From NCBI GenBank assembly GCA_964016885.1, contig OZ024740.1:234484001-234548000 (forward strand): DNA of 64,000 bases. Direction: 5' to 3'. The notes below the pieces were generated by a model. That model worked only from the letters and a program-made list of their open reading frames with translations, was not told the origin of the DNA and did no database searches. Positions within the stretch are counted from its first letter, which is position 1. Every line of letters starts with the position of its first letter. This stretch comes from Eledone cirrhosa. Its lineage: Eukaryota. Shown piece after piece: positions 39,318 through 53,460 of this stretch. The position numbers and the translations under genes were made by a program.

Positions 39318-40983
39318 GAATCACACAGATACATGCGGACACACACATATATACATGAATGCATCCGCACCCAACTGTGAGTTAAGGGTGCCAACTTCAC
39401 CGATGTTGCTCAATGAATGACTGGGACAGACCAATTCAGTTTGAACCGGACTGAACCAGTATCAGAGTTAAAAATACATTATGAAGAGAGAAGAAACATT
39501 TAGATATAATTAGTAATAAAATGTATCATACCTAAACTGTTCCTAAATTCCTCGACTACGTAGTTTCGTGGCATAAACAAAAACAATATATCAAAGATAT
39601 AGAGTCCTTGCGAGGTCTGCCGACTTATCAAGAGGATACCTCATTTTACTAGTCTCAAGAACGCGTCTACACGACGTGAGAAAGAATCCCAAAAGGCGGA
39701 GGGGGAGATAGTCACGCGATATAACGGTCGAGAAACAGAGCCAAGCCTCTTATAACCACGAAGAAAATACCACGGAGGCGGAGGGGGTATTCATATCGAG
39801 GCCGCAGAAGAGGTAGTGAAGAAGGCGAGAAGTATGAGTAATGGAAGCTTTCCAGTTGTCCCCACACTTCAAAGATTGCTCGACCAGAGGGAGTTAATAT
39901 ATTTAGAATCACACAGATACATGCGGACACACACATATATACATGAATGCATCCGCACCCAACTGTGAGTTAAGGGTGCCAACTTCACCGATGTTGCTCA
40001 ATGAATGACTGGGACAGACCAATTCAGTTTGAACCGGACTGAACCAGTATCAGAGTTAAAAATACATTATGAAGAGAGAAGAAACATTTAGATATAATTA
40101 GTAATAAAATGTATCATACCTAAACTGTTCCTAAATTCCTCGACTACGTAGTTTCGTGGCATAAACAAAAACAATATATCAAAGATATAGAGTCCTTGCG
40201 AGGTCTGCCGACTTATCAAGAGGATACCTCATTTTACTAGTCTCAAGAACGCGTCTACACGACGTGAGAAAGAATCCCAAAAGGCGGAGGGGGAGATAGT
40301 CACGCGATATAACGGTCGAGAAACAGAGCCAAGCCTCTTATAACCACGAAGAAAATACCACGGAGGCGGAGGGGGTATTCATATCGAGGCCGCAGAAGAG
40401 GTAGTGAAGAAGGCGAGAAGTATGAGTAATGGAAGCTTTCCAGTTGTCCCCACACTTCAAAGATTGCTCGACCAGAGGGAGTTAATATATTTAGAATCAC
40501 ACAGATACATGCGGACACACACATATATACATGAATGCATCCGCACCCAACTGTGAGTTAAGGGTGCCAACTTCACCGATGTTGCTCAATGAATGACTGG
40601 GACAGACCAATTCAGTTTGAACCGGACTGAACCAGTATCAGAGTTAAAAATACATTATGAAGAGAGAAGAAACATTTAGATATAATTAGTAATAAAATGT
40701 ATCATACCTAAACTGTTCCTAAATTCCTCGACTACGTAGTTTCGTGGCATAAACAAAAACAATATATCAAAGATATAGAGTCCTTGCGAGGTCTGCCGAC
40801 TTATCAAGAGGATACCTCATTTTACTAGTCTCAAGAACGCGTCTACACGACGTGAGAAAGAATCCCAAAAGGCGGAGGGGGAGATAGTCACGCGATATAA
40901 CGGTCGAGAAACAGAGCCAAGCCTCTTATAACCACGAAGAAAATACCACGGAGGCGGAGGGGGTATTCATATCGAGGCCGCAG
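39310..40983 (-). mobile_element. Retrozyme-like tandem array, 588-bp unit, about 2.85 apparently identical copies
   Basis: Period 588 (identical ORFs at 39712 and 40300). Minus-strand HHRs at 39549-39636, 40137-40224 and 40725-40812. Flanks are (TA)n. Confidence 0.9.
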
Positions 40984-41056
40984 ATATGTATATAATTCTA
41001 TAAATATATATATATATATATATATATACTTATATATATATATATATATATATATA

Positions 41057-41189
<133 letters not shown>

Positions 41190-41318
41190 TATATATATAT
41201 ATATATATATATATTTATAGAATTATATACATATCTATATATATACATATATATACTACATATATATATATACAATATATATATACATATATATATATAC
41301 AATATATGTATACATATA

Positions 41319-41358
<40 letters not shown>

Positions 41359-41359
41359 C

Positions 41360-41439
<80 letters not shown>

Positions 41440-41530
41440 TGTATATATATATATGTATATATATATATGTTGTATATATATGTATATATATATATATATG
41501 TATATAATTCTATAAATATATATATATATA

Positions 41531-41647
<117 letters not shown>

Positions 41648-41805
41648 GTGGTAGAAGACTGGAAGGTAATATCCGTGGTGGTAGAGCACTCAGTCCATGG
41701 GACGAGTTAGGTAGAAGTGGTTACACAACAGTTAGTTCACCATATATACATATGTGTATATATATATATATATATATACATATGTGTATATATATATATA
41801 TATAT

Positions 41806-42478
41806 TTTTATTTGCTGACAATGTTTCATCCATACCATGGGACAGGAATCATCAGAGCATAGATACACTTATGTAGTGACTCCTCGCCAGATGTGTGTTT
41901 TTTACAGGAACTAAACCATTTTTGTTATGTAACCTACTAGTATACCCTGATTATGTATACTATGGGGAGGAATAAAATCCCCTTTGGACTTTCTGAAGGT
42001 ACCTTAGGAGCCTCTTAGTATTTCTATAACTCTAAGTTATGGAGAACTAAATCACCTGTTATTATAGTGACCAACGCATACCTTCCTCTGGCTTTTGTGT
42101 GCTTTAAATTTCTTCTTTTTTTCTTTTTTAATTTTATTATTTATCTTTTTATATTATTATTTTCCCTTTACTTAATTATTATATATTTTAACTATTGTCA
42201 TATATATTTTGCTTATGTATGCCCGCACGTGCTTCGGCCTCTTGTGAAAAAATCTGCCAGTACGCTAACATATAGCTGTAGTGTTGAATAACAACTCCAT
42301 TATGCAGCCTCTCCATACTCCCCATTTCCGATCTCCCCCTTGTTACCCTCTATTGTATTTCTAATGTTCATGTGACTAAGCTTGGTAGAGCTTATTCTCA
42401 GCACTGTATTTTTGTTTATAAAGCTCTGATGATTCCTGCCCCATGGTATGGATGAAACATTGTCAGCAAATAAAAATT
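41806..42478 (+). mobile_element. pLTR-like element with inverted HHR-bearing ends
   Basis: GCT CTGATGA t TCC TGCC ccat GGTA t GGA t GAAACA t TGTC^AGC at 42423-42467. Inverted copy at 41806-41858. Confidence 0.75.
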
Positions 42479-42661
42479 TATGAGTATGTAGGCGTTCTTT
42501 GATTTCTTTTACATATAACGGCTCTGTTCTCGTACAAACACCACTGCCATACCACTACAGCTTATACAATACTGTCACAAATACGACACGGTACAGGTGC
42601 GTTTATGCACATACGCTACGTGGTCTACGTAAATATATATATACATATATATATATACATA

Positions 42662-42717
<56 letters not shown>

Positions 42718-42940
42718 CATATATACACATATATATACATATATATATATGCATATATATCCCTTTTTCTCTCTCTCTCTCTGTCACACACACACACTAT
42801 ATATATATATTATGTGTGGGTGTGTACATATACACACACACATATATATTATAGAAAGATAGAGAGAGAGAGAAATAGAGATAGCTAGATACATACATAG
42901 ATATAGTGCTAATACCGTATAAATTATGACTTTATATATA

Positions 42941-43015
42941 CAAGATGTCCCCCTAAAATGTATACACATTTATTAGAGTATTGTTGACGTGTGTATATAT
43001 TTTGAGGGGATACTC

Positions 43016-43017
<2 letters not shown>
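42941..43017. mobile_element. Tiny Tc1/mariner-like MITE relic
   Basis: Imperfect TIRs tgtccccctaaaatgtatacaca / tgtgtatatattttgaggggata. Confidence 0.4.
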
Positions 43018-43046
<29 letters not shown>

Positions 43047-43208
43047 GTGTGTGTATGTGTATGTGTGTGTGTGTGTGCATACATACATACATACATACAT
43101 ACATACATACATACATACATACATACATACATACATAAACAGACAGAGGAAGATGAGAAACGAAAGACAGGAGAAAGAGACAAGTGTACAATTGGTCGTG
43201 TGTGTGAA

Positions 43209-43244
<36 letters not shown>

Positions 43245-43437
43245 TGCCTGTGTAAACGTGTGTGTGTATGTGTGTGTGTGTGTGTGAACGTGTGTGTGCG
43301 TGTGTGTGTGTACGTGCGTTAAAAGGATAAGACAGTTGATTACAGCAGGAAAAAGCTGTTCTAACATTGATGCATGTGATAACAATTCTGGTGTGATAAA
43401 GTGATGTGTGGGCGTTGATATATGTATAGAAGATATT

Positions 43438-43519
<82 letters not shown>

Positions 43520-43542
43520 TATAGATAGATAGATAGATAGAT

Positions 43543-43860
43543 TTCTTTATTAGCCACAAGGGCGCAACAAGAAAGGGGACAATACAAAGACATGCCGGGG
43601 ATTTTACATACAGTCGTGTAAAAAATATAAAAACAAACAATTTCAACAATCGAAATCCCCAATAGGGGGGAGGCGCCACAAATGGGTTGTTTAATACCCC
43701 GTCGATAGAACAACCCTCAACTCAAGGAGCGTGTTGTGCAAGTGCTCCTTTCTTCCTTTTGCTCTCTTCCTCAACCTACAGGCTTATAAACAGAGAAGGC
43801 CCAATCACTTGGGCCATTTTCGCTTCATTCACCCACCTTTCAGTAAATTTACTGGGGTGC
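43543..43860 (-). mobile_element. 3' end of a Tx1-like LINE
   Basis: Reverse complement ends ccttgtggctaataaagaaa, similar to 38290-38628. Confidence 0.7.
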
Positions 43861-43863
43861 AGT

Positions 43864-43923
<60 letters not shown>

Positions 43924-44185
43924 TAAGTATCATATATATATATATATATGTATGTATATATATATATACTTTTCTACATTCCATATATATATATATATAA
44001 AGTAGATGTGCTTATGGTGTTGCTGCTACTACTACTGCTGCGGGCAGTGGTGGGGGGAATGGACAGAGAAATTGTCGTGTGATGTGATGTGTGAGAGAGA
44101 GAGAGAGAGAGAGAGGGAGGGAGAAAGAAGGAGAGTGAGTGAGAGAGAGAGGTAGAGAGAGAGAGAGAGAAAGAGGGAGAGAGAG

Positions 44186-44232
<47 letters not shown>

Positions 44233-44706
44233 GCATGTGTGTATGCGCGAGCTTGTAGACTCGTTATTGAACTGTGTGAGAATATGTTACTACGCCTCTC
44301 ATTTTGCAATCTACCTTATCTTTCATTTTTTTTTTCTCTCTCATACTCTCTCGCTCACTCCCCTCTCTTTCCCCCTCTTGTAATAACTCACACTATCACT
44401 TTTTTCCTATTCTCCCTCATCACACCATTGTCCCAAACATCACTACCTCATCGCCTATAAAGTTATACACGTGTTTCTTCCCACCCTTTTTAATCAATCG
44501 ATCAATCGACACATAACTAGAATGAAAGACAGACAGCCCGGGACTCAGACAGACAGACAGACAAACACACACATATATATATATAAATATATATATACAT
44601 ACATACACACATACAAATACACACACACATACACACACATATATATTTATACATACACACACATATATATATATATGTGTGTGTGTGTGTATGTATAAAT
44701 ATATAC

Positions 44707-44738
<32 letters not shown>

Positions 44739-44762
44739 GTGTATATATATTTATGTATATAT

Positions 44763-44793
<31 letters not shown>

Positions 44794-44932
44794 CATGTAT
44801 ATATATATATGTATGTATATATGTATGTATATATATGTATGTAAGTATATATGTATGTATATACATGTATGTATGTATGTATGTATGTATGTATGTATGT
44901 ATGTATGTATATATGTATGTATCTATGTGTCA

Positions 44933-45985
44933 GGTCACCAGTTGGTGCTACTGGTAACATGTATCCCAGTACAACCTGTCTCATGGTCGGGTCGTTGGCG
45001 ACTAAACTGGCAACCCCACCAAGGTTTCTTGGTGAGGAGGGTGACTTTGGACATCCTGCAGGACTAAAAACAAAACCTGTCAAAGGGCAAAGGAGCTCTT
45101 AAGAGTCAATGGCCATCCAAAATCACCGGGAGAGATGACCCCTTAGCCTTTGTCAAGGTAGAATTCTAGGAGAAGGAAAACTCTGATATAACACCTGCAA
45201 CCCTGATGGTATCCAATGATGTTGACTTGTTCTTCTTTTTGGTAAATATCATCTTGGTTAAGAGAGTGGGACTGGCTTTGTGCAGTGCCTTTGCTCACTA
45301 TAAAAGCTTCACGGCACAGGCATTGCTTTATATCTGGAGATCTCTCTGCACTTGTCGTCACATGGTACCATGGGCCCAGCACTATGTGTCAATAATTGTC
45401 ACAGGTGTAGTGTTTGTACCAGAGTTTTCAAGTCACTGGCTGGACTAAAAAGTCACACTTGTTCAGGGCATCGGTAGGGGTTCTCCTACATGGATATAAA
45501 GTAGTGGCCGTACTCGAAAACGAGTTGGCAGCCACCATGTATCTATGTATGTATTTCGGAAGAGATGACCCCATAGCCTTTGTCAAGGCAGAATTCTAGG
45601 AGAAGGAAAACTCTGATATAACACCTGCAACCCTGATGGTATCCAATGATGTTGACTTGTTCTTCTTTTTGGTAAATATCATCTTGGTTAAGAGAGTGGG
45701 ACTGGCTTTGTGCAGTGCCTTTGCTCACTATAAAAGCTTCACGGCACAGGCATTGCTTTATATCTGGAGATCTCTCTGCACTTGTCGTCACATGGTACCA
45801 TGGGCCCAGCACTATGTGTCAATAATTGTCACAAGTGTAGTGTTTGTACCAGAGTTTTCAAGTCGCTGGCTGGACTAAAAAGTCAGACTCGTTCAGCGCA
45901 TTGGTAGGAGTTCTCCTACATGGATATAAAGTAGTGGCCGTACTCGAAAACGAGTTGGCAGCCACCATGTATATATCTATCTATC

Positions 45986-46033
<48 letters not shown>

Positions 46034-46063
46034 TATATATTTATGTATATATATATATGTATG

Positions 46064-46094
<31 letters not shown>

Positions 46095-46141
46095 ATATAT
46101 ATATATGTATGTATATATGTATGTATATATATAGATATATG

Positions 46142-46218
<77 letters not shown>

Positions 46219-46396
46219 GTATATATATATATGTATGTATATATGTATGTATATATATATTTGTATGTATATATATATATATTCTCAAGTCGCTGGCTGG
46301 ACTAAAAAGTCACACTTGTTCAGCGCATCGGTAGGGGTTCTCTTCTCCTACATGGATATAAAGTAGTGGCCGTACTCGAAAACGAGTTGGCAGCCT

Positions 46397-46489
<93 letters not shown>

Positions 46490-47121
46490 CATATATATAC
46501 ACATAAATATATATATATATATATGTGTGTGTGTATGTGTATGTTATGTATGTATATATATATGTATATATGTATATATAGTTGGTGCTACTGGTAACAT
46601 GTATCCCAGTACAACCTGTCTCATGGTCGGGTCGTTGGCGACTAAACTGGCAACCCCACCAAGGTTTCTTGGTGAGGAGGGTGACTTTGGACATCCTGCA
46701 GGACTAAAAACAAAACCTGTCAAAGGGCAAAGGAGTTCTTAAGAGTCAATGGCCATCCAAAATCACCGGGAGAGATGAGCCCTTAGCCTTTGTCAAGGCA
46801 GAATTCTAGGAGAAGGAAAACTCTGATATAACACCTGCAACCCTGATGGTATCCAATGATGTTGACTTGTTCTTCTTTTTGGTAAATATCATCTTGGTTA
46901 AGAGAGTGGGACTGGCTTTGTGCAGTGCCTTTGCTCACTATAAAAGCTTCACGGCACAGGCATTGCTTTATAACTGCAGATCTCTCTGCACTTGTCATCA
47001 CGTGGTACCATGGGCCCAGCACTATGTGTCAGTAATTGTCACAAGTGTAGTGTTTGTACCAGAGTTTTATGTGTGTATGTATATATATATATGTATGTAT
47101 ATATGTATATATATATATATG

Positions 47122-47164
<43 letters not shown>

Positions 47165-47317
47165 ATATTTATGTATATATATATATGTATGTATATATAT
47201 ATATTTTCAAGTCGCTGGCTGGACTAAAAAGTCACACTCGTTCAGCGCATCAGTAAGGGTTCTCCTACATGGATATAAAGTAGTGGCCGTACTCGAAAAC
47301 GAGTTGGCAGCCACCAT
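44933..47317 (+). mobile_element. Cluster of a non-coding, about 600-bp element (RTE-5'UTR-like) interleaved with (TA/TATG)n
   Basis: Near-identical pieces at 44933-45539, 45558-45968, 46286-46400, 46581-47067 and 47206-47317. Confidence 0.75.
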
Positions 47318-48001
47318 ATATATATATATATACAACAGCGTTGGACAAGCTGTTGTCAAATTGACTAGCTCTCCTTCAATATATATGTATACATACACCC
47401 ACGTAGATAGTACGCAAATACTATCACACAGGCGGCCATATATATATATGTATAAAATGTATGTATGCACACATATATATGTGTGTGTGTGTGTATATAT
47501 ATATGTGTTTGTGTATGTGTGTGTAAAGTAAAACCATTGAACATTTTTACACATTCGTATTCTACACACACATAAACAAATATAAAACCTACAGAATATA
47601 ATACACAAATTGTAGTCACATAGGAACAAAACTATTCCAGGTGGTAGATAAATACATAATGAAGCTTCACGGCACATATGTAAATGTACACACACACATA
47701 CATACATACATGCATAGATACATACATACATACAATCAACGTCACATACTTTCATACATATATATACATACATAGAAACATACATTCATACATTCACATA
47801 TATATAAATTACATACACACACATACATACACATACATATATACATACATACGCATACATACACATCCATACATACATACACATACATACATACATATAT
47901 ATATGTATGTGCATGTGCTTATGTATGTGTATATATATATATATTATATATATATATATTATATATATTATATATATATATATATTATATATATATATAT
48001 A

Positions 48002-48900
48002 TAATATAAATTAATAAAAACAATGAAATAAAAACAAAGAACAGGTTCCTTATATTGAAAAATTCATCATTTTACGATCGTTTCTGGGCTATATATGTGT
48101 GTGTTGGTATGTATATCATGTTAAAGGTGTATGTAAAAAAATATTACAAATTATCAGAGGAGATATATATACCTTCACCTATATATGCCATCTTCAGAAA
48201 TGATGAAGTATGTTTATTGAAAGAAACAAAGTATTAATATAAAAGATCTGTTTGGGAACAGGTTTTGAATTGACCAATAGAAAAGAGTTAGAGGTCAAGT
48301 TGATAGAATAACAGTAGTAGAATTTGATGCTAGGAGTGGAGGAATGTAAATTTATGCTTTGAATGAAAATAATCCAATGGGGAAGATAAATATAGGGGTT
48401 AAAATGAGGTCAGAATACAAGGAGTTAGTGAAGGAGACCCCCCAAAAAATGTTGATATTATTAAAAAATGCTGTTGAAAGCGAAGGGAAAGAAATTTGTG
48501 GGTTGAGAGTGATATCTTTCTCCTCCCCATTGTATTCTTTTCATTCAAAGCATAAATTTACATTCCTCCACTCCTAGCATCAAATTCTACTACTGTTATT
48601 CTATCAACTTGACCTCTAACTCTTTTCTATTGGTCAATTCAAAACCTGTTCCCAAACAGATCTTTTATATTAATACTTTGTTTCTTTCAATAAACATACT
48701 TCATCATTTCTGAAGATGGCATATATAGGTGAAGGTATATATATCTCCTCTGATAATTTGTAATATTTTTTTACATAGATCTTTAACATGATATACATAC
48801 CAACACACACATATATATCCCAGAAACGATCGTAAAATGATGAATTTTTAAATATAAGGAACCTGTTCTTTGTTTTTATTTCATTGTTTATATTAATTTA
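48002..48900. mobile_element. Foldback element (about 355-bp arms) with a long-stem-II HHR in each arm
   Basis: TTCATCATTT CTGAAGA TGG...CCA GAAAC gatc GTA^AAATGATGAA at 48700-48844 (plus) and 48063-48207 (minus). Confidence 0.85.
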
Positions 48901-49386
48901 TCTTGACTCTGTTTTCTTAGGATTTTTATCGCTAATTTTTGAATGCAATTTCTCTTTTCATATCTTCTATATTTGGATTACATTGAGTTCTTCATGCCGA
49001 TTGCACACTACCGTTTATTTTGGTAGATTTATCTACATATATATAATATATATATAATATATATATATATAACATATATATATATATACACATACATACG
49101 CACATACACATACATACATACATACATGATACATATTTGTGTGTACTGTACTGCATATGTGTATGCGCATATAAAACTAAACACGTGTACATATATACAC
49201 GTGAATATAGACATACATGCGTATCTATACACGTTATTCAAACACACTCACAGGGAGAAAACATCCAGCTACACACGTAAATATACGAAGATATACCTGA
49301 CCTGTGATTGTAAACTCGACACCTGTCTAATCGTACACATTTGTACATGCGTTTGTAGGTATGTTTGCATATATATATATATCTAT

Positions 49387-49820
49387 CTAAGGCGGGTAAA
49401 ATTCCCGAGATCCATGGACGAGTTCTCTCCAGCGGTCTCTGTCCCTCATTATCGCTGCCATATCCTGCATCTCCAACAGACCAGTGTCTGTCCTCAGGGC
49501 ATCAACATATGTTAACCTTGGTCTTCCTCTTCTAGTGTGTCCATGTAGGGGCTCCCAAAGGAGCACTGAGTGCAATGTCAACTCTGGATGTCGGTGAGCA
49601 TGTCCAGCCAACCTCAGTCTCCTCTGTGTCACTTTTGAGCTCTGAGTTTTTCATCCTCAATGTATACTGATTAATGTTCAGAGCCATCCTCAGCATTCTC
49701 GTGTAGCACCCATCCACCATCTGAGTGAGTCTCTTGGTCAGTGTCCAAGTCTCAGACCCATACAGCAGCACAGACTCCACTACAGCAATGAAGAGGCGGA
49801 TTTTCAGGTCTCTACGAAAA
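49387..49820 (-). pseudogene. RTE ORF C-terminus
   Basis: RRDLKIRLFIAVVESVLLYGSETWTL...RRLRLAGHAHRH...RRGRPRLTYVD...DRDRWR. Confidence 0.9.
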
Positions 49821-52665
49821 TGTCCTGGGTATGACATTAAACTACATCCAGTGGCAAGGCTCCAGTTCGGGAGTTCAGGAGATGTGGGGAATGTGGAGTT
49901 ACCCCTTAGTTGTCATGACTCCCAGGTCTGCCCTGGCCCGGGGTGGTAGTACCTGTTAGGGCTCCATTTATGGGTTAAATAACTACCTTATTCGAGTGGC
50001 GCCGGTAAGGTATTGTCAGCCATTGAAAAGAAATATGGAGAGTCGATCTAACAGCACTAGGGTTAGAGCCCCTAATTACACTGTCAAGGAGCAGCCTGGT
50101 CGTTATGACTCTGCTGGCTTAGAGCCACAGAGAGGGCCAGTGGATGATGGATCAGCTGTCTCTGAGACAAATATAAAGAATGCAGTTTTGTCCTGCAGAA
50201 GAGCCATCAAAATGGGCACTTTGAATGTGAGGACTATTCGAACGCTGGAGAAGGGAGAGTAGTTGGGACATCTGTTCGAGGAGAGTGGTATACAGATACT
50301 TGCGATCCAAGAAAACAGGATTCTACACGATGAGCCCGTGAGGAGTGTGATGATCGGGAGAAAGAGCCAGCTCATCACTACATCGGCAGTGAAGAACACA
50401 ACAAATGCTGCAGTAGGAGGAGTGGGTTTTGTGTTCAGTGCAAAAACCAATCTGTTGGTGAGGGAAATAATGCCTATCTCCCCGCGAGTGTTGAGGGTGA
50501 CCTTCAATGGAAACCCAAGACTGACAGTCATCTCAGCCTATAGTCCAACCGAGGGGGACAGTGATGTGAATGCCGAGGAGTTCCATGAGGAGGTGTGTAG
50601 AGCTGTCAACACCACTCAGGCACACAATATCCTGCTTGTTTTGGGGGACTTCAATGCACATCTGAGTAAGGAGGGCAGTGAAGATCCTTGCTGGTACTTC
50701 CATAACAACACCAACTGAAATGGAAGACTACTGAGAGACACCCTGCTGGAGGCGAACTTGATGGCGACCAACCTAAGGTTTAGGAAGAATCTGGGGAAGA
50801 TGTGGACCTACATCTCAGATATGCACCTGTCCAAGTCCCAGATTGATTTCATTCTGGTGAGGAAAAAGTGGCGGAATAGTGTTCTGAACACGGAACCATA
50901 CAGCTATTTCAGTACACTGGGTAGTGACCACCGGCTTGTTATGAGTGAGGTCCGCGTGAGCTTAAGAAAGAGCAAGGCTCAGCCCCGGAGAACAATCTAT
51001 GACTGGGGAGCTTTCAAGGAAGATGATAAGCTACAGGAGAGGTTCACAGTGGAAGTGAGAAACAGGTTTAGTGCTCTGTGTGGAGAGTCAGAGGAGAGAG
51101 AGATTGGATAGACTGAGGAGAGTGTGACGAGGAGGTACGGGCACTTCACCAATGCAGTGGCGAAAGCAAGTGAAACCCTAGTGCCGAGGAAAAAGAACAA
51201 AGGGAAGCACGTCAGCTCTGCAAACCCAAAAGTGTGTGCAGCCAGAGAACACCTGAAAGCTGCCAGGGACCAATTCTATGCTGATCTTACGGAGGAGAGG
51301 ATGGAGACTGTGGAGGTGATGAGGGAAGAGCTCTGTACCGCTTACACTGAGGTCAGAGAAGAGGCACTGATAGAGAAGATCAGAAGTGTGGAGAGAGCGG
51401 TTGACAGATCTGGATGTAAGGAGAGCTGGATGATCATCAACGAGATCACAGGGAGGAAGAAAAGGTGTTCGAGTCAGATCCAGGGAACGGGGCCCGAGGA
51501 TAGGAAGAGGAAATGGCAAGACCATTTTGGGACCCTACTAGGAGAGCCACCCTCCACAGCCCAGAGCACTGGGGAGATCAGGCGGCTGTTTGAGGAACTG
51601 GATGTTGAGACAGAGCCCTTCACCAGAGAGGAGCTTCAGAGAGCCAAGAAGAAGATCAAGGAGGGCAAGGCTCATGGAGAAGATGGAGTGGCATCAGAGG
51701 TGATGAAGAGGTGTGATTTTGATGATATCATCCTGGGGTTCTGTAACGGGGCACTGGAGAAAGGAGTTGCCCCGAATCAGTGGAGGATCAGTAACATCGT
51801 CCCAGTGCCAAAGAAGGGAGATCTCTCTATCACCAACAACTACCGGGGGATCTCACTGACGTCACTTGTGGCAAAGACCCTCAACAGGATGATTCTTAAC
51901 AGGATCCAGCCTGAGATGGAGAAGAAGCTCAGGGACAACCAGAACGGCTTCAGAGAGGGTAGATCAACCACCAATCACATCCTGATGCTGAGGAGGATAT
52001 TAGAGGGAGCTAGAGCAAAGTGCCTTCCTCCGGTCATGGTTTTCATTGACTTTAGGAAGGCCTTTGATTCTGTGGACTGCCTGATGAAGATCTTACAGGC
52101 TTATGGAATCCCCAAGAGGATAGTGGACCTGATATCACTGCTCTACACCAACACCATAGCCCAAGTCATTACACCTGATGGGATGACAGAGTTCTTTGAG
52201 ATACTGGCTGGAGTGCTCCAGGGAGATACATTGGCTCCCTACCTTTTTATCATCGTAGTGGACTATTGTATGCGCCTTGCACTGGAGAAACACCAGGACT
52301 CTGGCTTTACTGTAGCACCGGCTCAGAGCAGGAGAGTTGGGGCGAAAAAGGTATCGGATGCTGAATTTGCCGACGACATAGTTTTGGTGACAAATACAGT
52401 GAAGGAGGCAAAGGATTTGATGTGGGAGGTTGAGACTGTGTCGATGAGTGTGGGGCTGAGAATGAATGAGACTAAAATAAAATATCTGGTAGAGAATGTT
52501 GAGAAGCCAGAGGGGATCACTAATGTAGGCGGGAAGCCGCTGGAATTGGTTGAGGACTTCCTGTATTTGGGAGCAAAGATTGGGAATACGGAAGATGATG
52601 TGGTTGAGAGGAAGAGCAAGGCCTGGGCGGCGTGTCACAGCTTGAGATCGGTGTGGAAGTCGAAT
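49388..52665. mobile_element. RTE-clade LINE with an inverted (twin-primed) structure
   Basis: 5'UTR, APE and RT on plus 49821-52665. The C-terminal remainder is on minus 49820-49388. Flanks are (TA)n. Confidence 0.9.
50035..52665 (+). pseudogene. RTE ORF (AP endonuclease plus RT) with in-frame stops
   Basis: GTLNVRT, LAIQE, SAYSPT, LGDFNA, SQIDFIL, GSDH, NYRGISL, QNGFR, FIDFRKAFDSVD, GVLQGDTLAPYLF, EFADD, FLYLG. Confidence 0.92.
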
Positions 52666-52801
52666 ATATATATATATATATTTAAATATATGTACGTTGT
52701 ACGTATGTGTGTCTGTGTGTATATGAGTGTGAGTGAGTGTGTGTGTGTGCGCGTGTGTGTGTGTGTGTGTGTGGGTATGAGTGTGCGTGTGTATGTGTGT
52801 G

Positions 52802-52834
<33 letters not shown>

Positions 52835-52987
52835 ACAGTGTTGGCCATAATTAGCACACTAACTTAGCGGCAAGAAATATTAATAAAAAGGAAATCTTTG
52901 TAACATTAAACTTTGCTAGCACGACATTATAATGTGGCTTTGTAATTGGTAAACTAATTAAGAAAACTAATTAATGCCCATCATGAC

Positions 52988-53047
<60 letters not shown>

Positions 53048-53167
53048 TCTAATCTAATGTGTAATGTCCCAATCTTGTCTTGATATATAGCAAGACGTGG
53101 AAAACCTTTTTAGTATGAGGGACGATTCGCCAGAGGAGACGAATAATGAAACTTTAAGGAAAATAAT

Positions 53168-53460
53168 TGTTTCTACTTTTGGCACAAGGCCAGCAAATAC
53201 CCCAGTGCATTACTGGTACTTTATTTTATCGACCCCGTAAGGATGAAAGGCAAAGTCAACTGAACAGCGTATATTGCAAAATATGAAGTGTGAAGTATAT
53301 TTAATAATTGTTTCTACTTTTGGCACAAGGACAGCAATTACCCAGTGTATTACTGGTACTTTATTTTATCGACCCCATAAGGCGGGATTTGAACTCAGAA
53401 TGGCAAGGGCCGTAACTCTATGCGTCAAAGCATGGCGTCCGATCCTCTCCCGATACTGCC
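53168..53460 (-). mobile_element. Composite SINE insertion (SINE, captured flank, SINE 3' half) with 12-bp TSD
   Basis: TSD aaggaaaataat at 53156-53167 and 53461-53472. The internal 53260-53302 matches 63506-63548. Confidence 0.8.

Noticed and set aside
39712-39936. Repeated 74-aa ORF in the 588-bp unit (also 40300 and 60371)
   Set aside because: No recognisable domain. It recurs only because the unit is repeated, so coding is unsupported.
49821-49985. Self-cleaving ribozyme (twister or HDV-like) at the RTE 5' end
   Set aside because: The 5' end appears truncated at the inversion junction, and I could not build a complete fold.
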